Below the pieces are notes generated by a model. It was not told the origin of the DNA. It saw only the letters and a list, made by a program, of their open reading frames with translations, and did not search any database. Shown here piece by piece: positions 1 to 7,498 of a DNA stretch of 64,000 bases (positions are counted from its first letter, which is position 1; the number at the start of each line of letters is the position of its first letter). The stretch covers positions 54,712-118,711 of the forward strand of contig DATESL010000004.1 in the NCBI GenBank assembly GCA_035270825.1, written 5' to 3'. This stretch comes from Candidatus Onthovivens sp. Its GTDB lineage: Bacteria; Bacillota_I; Bacilli_A; RFN20; CAG-826. The translations under genes were made by a program, and so were the position numbers.

Positions 1-2
1 AG

Positions 3-755
3 ACAACTGATGATTTAAGCGAAGATGATTTAGATAATTTTAATTTTCAACAATCAGTTAAAGGATTAAAACCTTCTACAATCAATCGAAGGATAATAGT
101 TTTAAAGAACTTTTTCTTCTATCTTATTGGTGAAGGGATTATCGAACCGCTCTATGAAACAGTTTACTTAACAAAAAAGGAAAGCTATTATCCTTCGGTT
201 TTAACGATTGAAGAAATGCAAAGAATATTAGATATAATTCCTGAGACTACTAGTAAATTTTTTAAAGAAAAAACAATGATTGAAGTGATGTATTCTTGTG
301 GTTTGCGTGTTTCCGAGCTTTTAAATTTAAAAATCGTAGATATTAATTTTGATGAAAAGATAATAAAAGTTAAAGGAAAAGGAAATAAAGATCGTATTAT
401 TCCAATAAGACAACAGGCGCTCTTATTTTTACAAAAATATCTTAAATTTCATCGAAAAAGCAAGGGAACTCTCGATGATAAGTATGTTTTTTTAAATAAT
501 CAAGGAATGCGAATCTCTAGACAATACTTTTGGTCAAGAGTTCAAAAGTATGCTCTTGATGCGGGAATAGAGAAAAATATTCATCCCCATACCTTTAGAC
601 ACTCATTTGCTACGCACTTGCTTGAAAATGGTTCAAATCTGCGAGTTGTACAAGAATTACTTGGTCATAAAAACATCGAAACTACGCAGATTTATACTCA
701 TTTAAGTGGAGAGAAAATATTAAACGCTTATGATTTGTATTGGACTAAAAAATAA
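3..755 (+). CDS. xerD: Tyrosine site-specific recombinase XerD-like. The 5' end is truncated by the window start: the reading frame is open from nt 3 and the track ORF begins at the internal Met at 216.
   Basis: C-terminal catalytic region RHSFATHLLENGSNLRVVQELLGHKNIETTQIYTHL carries the R...H-x-x-R...Y signature of XerC/D. It is followed by deoB, as in B. subtilis ripX-drm. Confidence 0.8.
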   Translation, partial: TTDDLSEDDLDNFNFQQSVKGLKPSTINRRIIVLKNFFFYLIGEGIIEPLYETVYLTKKESYYPSVLTIEEMQRILDIIPETTSKFFKEKTMIEVMYSCGLRVSELLNLKIVDINFDEKIIKVKGKGNKDRIIPIRQQALLFLQKYLKFHRKSKGTLDDKYVFLNNQGMRISRQYFWSRVQKYALDAGIEKNIHPHTFRHSFATHLLENGSNLRVVQELLGHKNIETTQIYTHLSGEKILNAYDLYWTKK

Positions 756-783
756 CCTATAATTATTAAGGATGGTGAGAAAC

Positions 784-1998
784 ATGTATAAATATAAAAG
801 AATCTTTACAGTCGTTATGGACAGTCTTGGAATCGGAAATGCAAAGGATGCAAGTTCGTTTCATCAAATGGGAAACATCTCAGATTTAAACAGTAATACT
901 TTTAAACACATTAGTGAAGCTTTTGAAAATGGTTTAAAAATTCCTAATTTAGAAAGTTTAGGTGTTCGCGATTTAACCGAGATTAAAGGAACTAAAATTG
1001 TTGATCATCCACATAGTTATACAATTAAATTGAATGAATCTAGTAATGGTAAAGATACTATGACCGGACACTGGGAAATGATGGGTATTTTAACTACCAA
1101 ACCATTTCAAACCTTTACTGATACTGGTTTTCCTCAAGAACTAATTGATGAATTAGAAAAATTAACTGGTCATAAATTCATTGGAAATTATGCAGCTAGT
1201 GGAACAGAAATTCTCTATGATTTAGGAGAAAAATCCCTAAAAGAGAATTCTTTAATCCTTTATACTTCAAGCGATTCAGTTTTACAAATTTGTGCGCATG
1301 AGGAAAAAGTTGGTGTTGAAGAATTATATCGAGTTTGTAAAATTGCTCGTGAATTATGTATGAGAGATGAATGGTTTGTTGGTAGAATTATTGCTCGCCC
1401 TTTTATTGGCGATAATAAAGATAATTTTAAAAGAACTAGTAATCGTCATGATTATACTATTAATCCTTCAGGAACTACTGCAATGGATATTTTAAAGGCA
1501 AATAATATTGAAGTTTCGTGTGTTGGGAAAATTAATGATATCTTTAATGGGATGGGAGTTACAAAAACTGTTCATATCGATAGTAATTTAGATGGATTAG
1601 CAAAAACTTTAAATATTATTAAAGATAAAGAGTTTCAAGAAGGTTTCTGTTTTGTTAATCTTGTTGAATTTGATAGTGAGTATGGACATCGTCGTAATGC
1701 TAAGGGTTATGGTCGTTCAATTGAAGAATTCGATCTTAAATTAGCTGAGTTAATTGCCAACCTTCAAGAAGATGACTTATTAATGATTACAGCAGATCAT
1801 GGAAATGATCCTACCTGGGAAGGGACTGATCATACAAGAGAACAAGTTCCATTAATTTGCTATAGTAAGAAAATCAAAGATGGCAGATTTATTGGTGAAC
1901 GTGACTCTTTTGCTGATTTAGGTGATACTATTTTAACTAATTTTGGGCTCACAAAAAATGCCACAATGATTGGTAAAACAATTAAAGAATTATTTTAA
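784..1998 (+). CDS. deoB: Phosphopentomutase (track ORF starts at 772; the ATG at 784 has a better-spaced RBS aaggatggtgag).
   Basis: ~400 aa. Alkaline-phosphatase-superfamily motifs VVMDSLGIGNA, TGHWEMMG and ITADHGNDPT are typical of DeoB. Confidence 0.9.
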   Translation: MYKYKRIFTVVMDSLGIGNAKDASSFHQMGNISDLNSNTFKHISEAFENGLKIPNLESLGVRDLTEIKGTKIVDHPHSYTIKLNESSNGKDTMTGHWEMMGILTTKPFQTFTDTGFPQELIDELEKLTGHKFIGNYAASGTEILYDLGEKSLKENSLILYTSSDSVLQICAHEEKVGVEELYRVCKIARELCMRDEWFVGRIIARPFIGDNKDNFKRTSNRHDYTINPSGTTAMDILKANNIEVSCVGKINDIFNGMGVTKTVHIDSNLDGLAKTLNIIKDKEFQEGFCFVNLVEFDSEYGHRRNAKGYGRSIEEFDLKLAELIANLQEDDLLMITADHGNDPTWEGTDHTREQVPLICYSKKIKDGRFIGERDSFADLGDTILTNFGLTKNATMIGKTIKELF

Positions 1999-2007
1999 GG
2001 AGAATAT

Positions 2008-2949
2008 ATGAAAAACAAAATAAAAATTTTAACGCTTTTTGTCTTTGGAACTACTTTGATGGCTTGTGCACCTCAAACTACTTCTAAATTATTATTAAGC
2101 CCTGCTGGAGCTCCAACTCTTGCTCTTTATAGTGTTTTTAAAGATAAAAGTGCTGAAACTACAACTCAAATTACTTCAATTCCTGCTCAATTACAAAATA
2201 AAGACAGTGAATACAAATATATTGTTTTTGATTCTGTAAACGGAATTAATTTACAAAAAGCAGGGAAAAGCCATTATACTTATATCAAAATGCTGACAAG
2301 TGGCAATTTCCATCTTGTTGGAATTGGTACTGATGATTCTGAAATTAAAGCTGGTGAGAAAGTTTTATCTTATGGAAAAGGCTTATTACCAGATAAGGTT
2401 TTAAATTATCTTTTACCTGAGGGAGTCGAAATTGAATATGCTGGTAACGCTGTTTCTGATGTTGCTAGTGCCTTAATTGCCGGAAAAACCGAATATAAGT
2501 ATGCTTTTTTAGCTCAACCTGCTGTTGCTACTGTTATGGGCAAAGTTAATACAAGTGATGTTTTACCTGAGAAAAAGATTTATGATTTTGGTAACATTAC
2601 TCCATTAATTAAAGAAAAAACTAATAATGAATTTGATTATGTTCCTCAAGGAGCATTATTTGTCAAAAATGATTACTATAAAAGCAATGAAAATGAAGTT
2701 AAGAGTTTTCTAAATCTTGTGAATTCAAACATGAAAACCGCAAAAGAAGATGTAAAATCAATGGTAACAACAATTAATGAAATTGAAAGTGATATCACTA
2801 AACAAGCAACAATTTATGGAACCAACGTTAATATCATAGAAAAATTACAAGCTGATGGTAAAAATCAATTTGGCATTGCAGACGAAGAAGCTGATGAAAA
2901 GTATACAATCGAAAGGATTGATCAGTTCCAAAAGTTAATCCAAGGATAG
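2008..2949 (+). CDS. Lipoprotein, putative solute-binding protein (NMT1/SsuA/ThiY-like) of an ABC importer.
   Basis: Signal peptide plus lipobox (LTLFVFGTTLMAC). It sits immediately upstream of a binding-protein-dependent permease gene. Confidence 0.55.
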   Translation: MKNKIKILTLFVFGTTLMACAPQTTSKLLLSPAGAPTLALYSVFKDKSAETTTQITSIPAQLQNKDSEYKYIVFDSVNGINLQKAGKSHYTYIKMLTSGNFHLVGIGTDDSEIKAGEKVLSYGKGLLPDKVLNYLLPEGVEIEYAGNAVSDVASALIAGKTEYKYAFLAQPAVATVMGKVNTSDVLPEKKIYDFGNITPLIKEKTNNEFDYVPQGALFVKNDYYKSNENEVKSFLNLVNSNMKTAKEDVKSMVTTINEIESDITKQATIYGTNVNIIEKLQADGKNQFGIADEEADEKYTIERIDQFQKLIQG

Positions 2950-2984
2950 TAGAGCTTTTCCTTAATATATAGTAAAATAAACTA

Positions 2985-3755
2985 ATGAACAAAGAATTAA
3001 AAGGATACAAAAAATATATTTATATATTATTAGGTATAATAGGTATCCTTTTAATTTGGGAAATTTCTAGCCAAATAGTCGCAAATTTTAATGTTTTCCC
3101 TACTATTGGGATGACTTTAAATGAATTATTTATACTTTTAGGAGATAATAATATCTATATTTCCTTACTTTCAAGCTTAGGATTAACCCTTCTTTCCTTG
3201 TTAATTTCATTTATTATGGCTTTTATATTAGGTATTTTAAGTGGTCTATATGAGAGATTATATTTAATTTTAAAGCCTATAGTCGCTATTTTTAAGACTT
3301 TGCCAACAGCTTGCTTTGTTTTTATATTAGTTATTTTCTTTAAATCTTCAATCTCGATCATCATTGTAACTTTTCTATTAATTTTTCCTATCATGTATGA
3401 ATCAATTACTAAAGGTTTTATTCAAATTGATGAAAGAATGCTATTATCACTGGATATTGATGGTGGACGTAAGTCCAAAAATGCACTATTTAAGGTCTTA
3501 ATTCCTCAATCCGTTCCTTATATAATGTTAGGACTTGTTAATTCAATTGGTCTAGGTTTAAAGGTTGAAATTATGGCTGAAATCTTAATTGGTAACAATT
3601 CAATCAATGGAATAGGTAAAATTCTTTGGATTTTTGCACAAGTAGAGTTTGATTACATCAAAGTTTTTGCTGTATCTGTATTAATATTAATAATCTTTGC
3701 AATCATCGACCTAATCTTCCTTTTTATCAAACATAAGATTGAAAAAACACTATAA
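2985..3755 (+). CDS. ABC transporter permease (NitT/TauT-type inner-membrane component).
   Basis: 6 predicted TM segments. EAA-like loop DERMLLSLDIDGGRKSKNALFKVLIPQSVPYIM. No ATPase gene is adjacent. Confidence 0.6.
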   Translation: MNKELKGYKKYIYILLGIIGILLIWEISSQIVANFNVFPTIGMTLNELFILLGDNNIYISLLSSLGLTLLSLLISFIMAFILGILSGLYERLYLILKPIVAIFKTLPTACFVFILVIFFKSSISIIIVTFLLIFPIMYESITKGFIQIDERMLLSLDIDGGRKSKNALFKVLIPQSVPYIMLGLVNSIGLGLKVEIMAEILIGNNSINGIGKILWIFAQVEFDYIKVFAVSVLILIIFAIIDLIFLFIKHKIEKTL

Positions 3756-3863
3756 TAAAAATCTAAATTTAATGCTTTTAAAAAAATATTTATTATTATT
3801 TTTCATTTTATATACCAAAATAAAATCATATCTCGCAATCTTGTTAGTAAGGAGATGTTTTTT

Positions 3864-4388
3864 ATGTTAAAGAAAAAAAGTTTTAAAGTTAGATTTTGTT
3901 TTAATGAATCGCTTGTGAAAATGGTTTTGGATGCTGAAAATCATTTAAACAATTTGGTTCGCCCAAGTACCCTTAAACGCAAAATGGAAGATTTATCGCA
4001 AGGAGATGTATGTATTTACGCCGATGATAAGGTTCCAGGAGTGTTTTCGGTCTTTGAAGAGTGCATTATTCTGGAAAATAGCATCGGTAGTAAGGAAAAA
4101 GTCTTAATTTGTCCAATAATGAAACTTGAAGACGCCAAAAACATTGGTAGATCAGGTTTAAACATTGGATATCTATACGATTACGATTTTAATAGACAAT
4201 ATATAGCTATAATTGAGGAAATTCGTTTAGTTAAGAAAAATAGATTAATATTTGATATCAACGAAAATACATTTATTCGTGGATCAGTAAGCAAAGATGT
4301 CTTAATAGACGTATTTGATATTTATAACAAAATGCTGAAAAGAATGCTTTCGACTAGTCATTATTTCAGACAAATACATGACTGTTAA
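3864..4388 (+). CDS. MazF/PemK/EndoA-family endoribonuclease toxin homologue with a ~38-aa N-terminal extension (track ORF starts at 3855; the RBS aaggag favours the ATG at 3864).
   Basis: Alignable by eye to B. subtilis EndoA: GDVCIYAD~GDVYFAD, CIILENSIGSKEKVLICPIM~PVLVIQNDIGNRFSPTAIVAAIT, IIEEIRLVKKNRL~LLEQIRTIDKQRL. Confidence 0.5.
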   Translation: MLKKKSFKVRFCFNESLVKMVLDAENHLNNLVRPSTLKRKMEDLSQGDVCIYADDKVPGVFSVFEECIILENSIGSKEKVLICPIMKLEDAKNIGRSGLNIGYLYDYDFNRQYIAIIEEIRLVKKNRLIFDINENTFIRGSVSKDVLIDVFDIYNKMLKRMLSTSHYFRQIHDC

Positions 4389-4569
4389 ACTAGTAGTAAT
4401 AAACAAGTATATTTTTAGTAGATATTAAGTGTTGATAACTAGTATTTAATACTTCCAAAATCCACTTTCATAATTCAAATTAAATACATAAAACATCGTG
4501 TTTATCGTGGTTTTTTAATATGTTACTTTACATAAGAAAGATTATACGAAGTAAAAGAGATAAATAAAA

Positions 4570-4590
4570 AAGAGCTTTTTGCTCTTAGTT
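4570..4590. terminator. Putative bidirectional rho-independent terminator hairpin (aagagc-ttttt-gctctt) flanked by A/T runs. It overlaps the stop codon of the minus-strand gene.
   Basis: 6-bp stem with a 5-nt loop, and T-runs on both strands, between convergent genes. Confidence 0.4.
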
Positions 4591-5517
4591 ATTACTTCTA
4601 ATTTGCCACTCGAGCAAATCTTCCAATTTAATACGTTCTCTTTCTTCTGCGGTAAGAATATGGCAAATTGCATCAATTGCATCTACAATAATCCAAGGTG
4701 TATTACTTTTACCTTCCACGTGATTAATCTTAAACTTATGTTTTTCTAATTCATCAACTACATTATCTGCAATACTTTCAAGATTGCGTTCATTTAATGC
4801 TGTAGCGATTATTACATAGTCACATAATGGATTTTTACCTGTAACATCATAAATAATGACGTTTTCACCTTTTTTGTCTTTAATTGCTTTTTCAATAACT
4901 TTTTCTATTTTCATATTTTCTCCTTTTAAATAGTATTCATACATATTATCGGTCAATTTGTTCTGTTTTGAATGTCTTGCATCGATATATTCCTTACAAG
5001 CTTCTACTACTTTAATGAATCCCTTCTTGTAATCAAGTTTCATTTCTCTGATTAGATCAGAACTATCATAAGAACGACCAGGTTCAATTTTATCTGAAGC
5101 GTATAAAACTAACGCTAAATCATTTAAATTTGCATTTCCTGTGCAATGATACATTAAAGCATCAAGAATTTCAACATCTTCCACTGCTAATTCATCTTTT
5201 ACAACTTTTAAACTAGCAAAAGCATGAAATGCATAGCTAGGATAGTCTAAATACATCGGAAAATGACTCTTTATATATAATTTTTGTTCATCTAATGGCA
5301 TCTTTTTAGCACAATCATGAATAAAACCAGTGAAATAGTACTTAATAGGTTCTTCAAGTTGATTAGAAATTGCAATTTCATAAGCTAACTGAGCAACTCT
5401 TAAAGAATGCTCATAGCGACTTTTATCAATTTTAGTTAATAAAAATTCATGCAGTTCTCTTGGAGCTTCAACTTCTCCATTCTTTATTTCAAAAAGATAC
5501 TTCTTATATTCGATCAT
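4585..5517 (-). CDS. Fusion protein: N-terminal YqeK-type HD-domain hydrolase (Ap4A hydrolase family) plus C-terminal ribosome silencing factor RsfS.
   Basis: N-terminal half: HSLRVAQLAYEIA...FIHDCAKK...MYHCTG...DKIEPGR (YqeK HD motifs). C-terminal ~110 aa: IKDKKGENVIIYDVTGKNPLCDYVIIATALNERNLESIADNVVDELEKH...WIIVDAIDAICHILTAEERERIKLEDLLEW (RsfS/Iojap). It is a single uninterrupted ORF. Confidence 0.8.
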   Translation of the reverse strand: MIEYKKYLFEIKNGEVEAPRELHEFLLTKIDKSRYEHSLRVAQLAYEIAISNQLEEPIKYYFTGFIHDCAKKMPLDEQKLYIKSHFPMYLDYPSYAFHAFASLKVVKDELAVEDVEILDALMYHCTGNANLNDLALVLYASDKIEPGRSYDSSDLIREMKLDYKKGFIKVVEACKEYIDARHSKQNKLTDNMYEYYLKGENMKIEKVIEKAIKDKKGENVIIYDVTGKNPLCDYVIIATALNERNLESIADNVVDELEKHKFKINHVEGKSNTPWIIVDAIDAICHILTAEERERIKLEDLLEWQIRSNN

Positions 5518-5816
5518 AAAACTTTAATATGTTTTGGACTTTGAATGTTTTCCTTGTAGAAAATAGCAGTATTACCTATTTTATGTATAATTTCAGCATT
5601 TAAAAGCTTAGCTATTTCTTCAAATAGTTCTTCTTTTTCAACATTTTCAACAGCACCTTTAAGAAGAGAAACTTTAATTAATTCATGTTTAAAAATTCCA
5701 TTTTTAAGGTTATTAATAACGTTTTCATTAGTAAGTTCTTTACCAATGTTGAATTTAAGAATTTCATGTGAATTTGCATACGACTTTAAAAAGACTTTTT
5801 CTTTAGTTTTTAACAT
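5514..5816 (-). CDS. YhbY/CRS1-family RNA-binding protein (YqeI-like).
   Basis: ~100 aa. Its position between yqeH and yqeK matches the B. subtilis yqeI slot. The motif GKELTNENVINNLKNGIFKHELIKV is YhbY-like. Confidence 0.55.
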   Translation of the reverse strand: MLKTKEKVFLKSYANSHEILKFNIGKELTNENVINNLKNGIFKHELIKVSLLKGAVENVEKEELFEEIAKLLNAEIIHKIGNTAIFYKENIQSPKHIKVL

Positions 5817-6942
5817 ATTTTATTTTTGCTCTCGTTGTGTAAACGAAGATTCCTTTTGGTACAAATATTCTAAATTTTTGCTTATTACCTTTAAAAGATA
5901 ACCAACCTAAACCTAAAATTCCGATATCTCTATCGCCTTCTTCCTCTATTTCAAAATCATAAGTATCGAAATCGGAGAAACTTCTAAATTTATAACTTGT
6001 GCTACTTTGATCACCTTTTTCTAAAATCGTTTGGAAGAATTTAATTTGATCCCCTCTTTTAGTTTTTACTGGCAATTTGTCGCTAACATAAATTGAAATT
6101 GGTGACACCTCAGCACTTAGTAATTGAATAAAGCATAAACCACCAAGGGCAACACCTATTTTGTCAGTAAGGTTAACTTTATGTGCTTTTACAGGTCTTT
6201 TAGGAATAACTGAGTTAATAATAGGTCTTTCTAAGTTTCCAAGCAAGCTATTGTTAATAGCGGTTCCTGGGACTTCATAAATATAGCTCTTATTGGTAAT
6301 AGGAATTCTAAAACCTCTAATATCTGTCCCCTTATAAGTATAAGTAACAATTAAATTATCAGTTTCATTTTTATAATGTTTAAGTAATCTAGTAATAATC
6401 GTTGATTTACCACTGGTTGATGGACCAATAAAGAAAACATCTCTTCCATTCGACAATTGTTTAATTTTGGTAATTAAAGGTTCGATATTATAGCCTGTGT
6501 TGCTTGAAACTAACAATGTATCAATCACATTAAGGTTAGCCATTCTTAATCTGTGTTCTAAGTACATTTTAAGATTTTTTTCATCAAAATTTGCAGGCAT
6601 TAAATCAATCTTATTTCCAATTAATAAAACATCAAGTCCATTTAATAAATCGTTAATTTCAGTAATAAAACAGCCTTCAAAAGAAAATAGATCAACAACA
6701 TATACAATGAAACCTTTTTTAGCCTTAATTTCACCAAGAATCTTACTATAATCTTCCTCAAATTTAGCTTCCATTGGTTCAATATCAATTTTTTCAGTTT
6801 TAAAACAATCATTGCAAAGTAAAACACCGTCAGGATATTTTTTGACAATAATTGGATCAATAAATCCGGTTTGTTCTGGCTCTGTAGTTTGTAATATACT
6901 CCCACAATGAGAACATTTTTTAACTTTTTTTAGAATAGCCAT
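5803..6942 (-). CDS. yqeH: Ribosome biogenesis GTPase YqeH (circularly permuted GTPase with an N-terminal zinc ribbon).
   Basis: CSHCGS...CNDC zinc ribbon. G-motifs in permuted order: LLIGNKIDL, then FFIGPSTSGKST. Confidence 0.85.
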   Translation of the reverse strand: MAILKKVKKCSHCGSILQTTEPEQTGFIDPIIVKKYPDGVLLCNDCFKTEKIDIEPMEAKFEEDYSKILGEIKAKKGFIVYVVDLFSFEGCFITEINDLLNGLDVLLIGNKIDLMPANFDEKNLKMYLEHRLRMANLNVIDTLLVSSNTGYNIEPLITKIKQLSNGRDVFFIGPSTSGKSTIITRLLKHYKNETDNLIVTYTYKGTDIRGFRIPITNKSYIYEVPGTAINNSLLGNLERPIINSVIPKRPVKAHKVNLTDKIGVALGGLCFIQLLSAEVSPISIYVSDKLPVKTKRGDQIKFFQTILEKGDQSSTSYKFRSFSDFDTYDFEIEEEGDRDIGILGLGWLSFKGNKQKFRIFVPKGIFVYTTRAKIKYVKN

Positions 6943-7459
6943 GATAGTCCCTCCAGTTTAGCAATAAATGCTTTTTCTCAAGCTTTTTTAATAGTTTCTT
7001 TTCAATTGTTTTATTAAAAAACGATATCCAAGAATTTTTTTCAACTAAATCTTCTGTTAATACACTTATAATTTTCGCGCTATTAGCACATTTGATATCA
7101 GTTAATAACTGATCACCTATTATTATAGCATTATTTTTGTCTATATTATTAGTCTTTATGAAATTATTTATCTTTTTTGTGTATGGTTTAAATGCACGGG
7201 AAATAAAACGTACATTTAGCTGTTCAGAGTACTTTTTCACTCTTGCATATGAATTATTACTAATGATTATTAGTTCAATACCATTATCATGCAGTGCTTT
7301 TGTCAATTCGATCACTCTTTTATCCGGAAGTTGTGAATCAAAAGAGTTTAAGGTGTTGTCTAAATCGGAAAAAACAAAACGAAAATTGTTATTAATATAA
7401 AACTGAATATCTATTTGGAATATATTTTCCGCACACATTGTAGGTATTATTTTTTTCAT
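6920..7459 (-). CDS. yqeG: HAD-superfamily phosphatase YqeG-like.
   Basis: FSDLDNTL (DxDxT motif), ~175 aa, immediately upstream of yqeH as in Bacillus. Confidence 0.7.
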   Translation of the reverse strand: MKKIIPTMCAENIFQIDIQFYINNNFRFVFSDLDNTLNSFDSQLPDKRVIELTKALHDNGIELIIISNNSYARVKKYSEQLNVRFISRAFKPYTKKINNFIKTNNIDKNNAIIIGDQLLTDIKCANSAKIISVLTEDLVEKNSWISFFNKTIEKKLLKKLEKKHLLLNWRDYHGYSKKS

Positions 7460-7498
7460 ATACTATTTATTACTAATTAATAACTAAATAACTACTAA

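Noticed and set aside
1-755. Tyrosine recombinase at the window start as a phage integrase marking a mobile-element boundary.
   Set aside because: The catalytic region is canonical XerC/D rather than phage-integrase-like. It is followed by deoB exactly as in B. subtilis (ripX-drm). No att-like repeats or phage genes follow.
3155-3394. Small antisense ORFs reported in the six-frame track that overlap annotated genes, including 3155..3394(-), 6497..6751(+), 6642..6905(-), 7137..7400(+), 7857..8060(+), 9043..9228(-), 9604..9855(+), 11455..11637(+), 12099..12359(-), 13158..13385(-), 16693..16881(+), 17920..18108(+), 20575..20796(+), 22510..22722(+), 23128..23310(+), 23533..23715(-), 24813..25010(+), 24934..25125(+), 25781..26029(+), 26233..26427(-), 34737..35070, 35473..35691(-), 38938..39183(+), 40414..40620(+), 41642..41845(-), 42878..43090(+), 46737..46997(+), 49154..49366(+), 50099..50314(-), 51732..51992(+), 52497..52739(+), 58164..58742(+), 60869..61096(+), 61477..61734(-) and 61821..62045(+).
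   Set aside because: All lie entirely inside and antisense to, or out of frame with, strongly supported conserved genes. Their low-complexity, K/I/L/F-rich translations are what stop-poor frames in ~27% GC DNA are expected to produce, and none shows a recognisable motif or RBS.
4480-4530. Apparent hairpin aacatcgtgtttatcgtgg in the MazF-yqeK spacer as a terminator or small RNA.
   Set aside because: On inspection the ATCGTG elements are a direct repeat, not an inverted one, so no stable stem forms. The real terminator is the aagagc/gctctt hairpin at 4570-4590.
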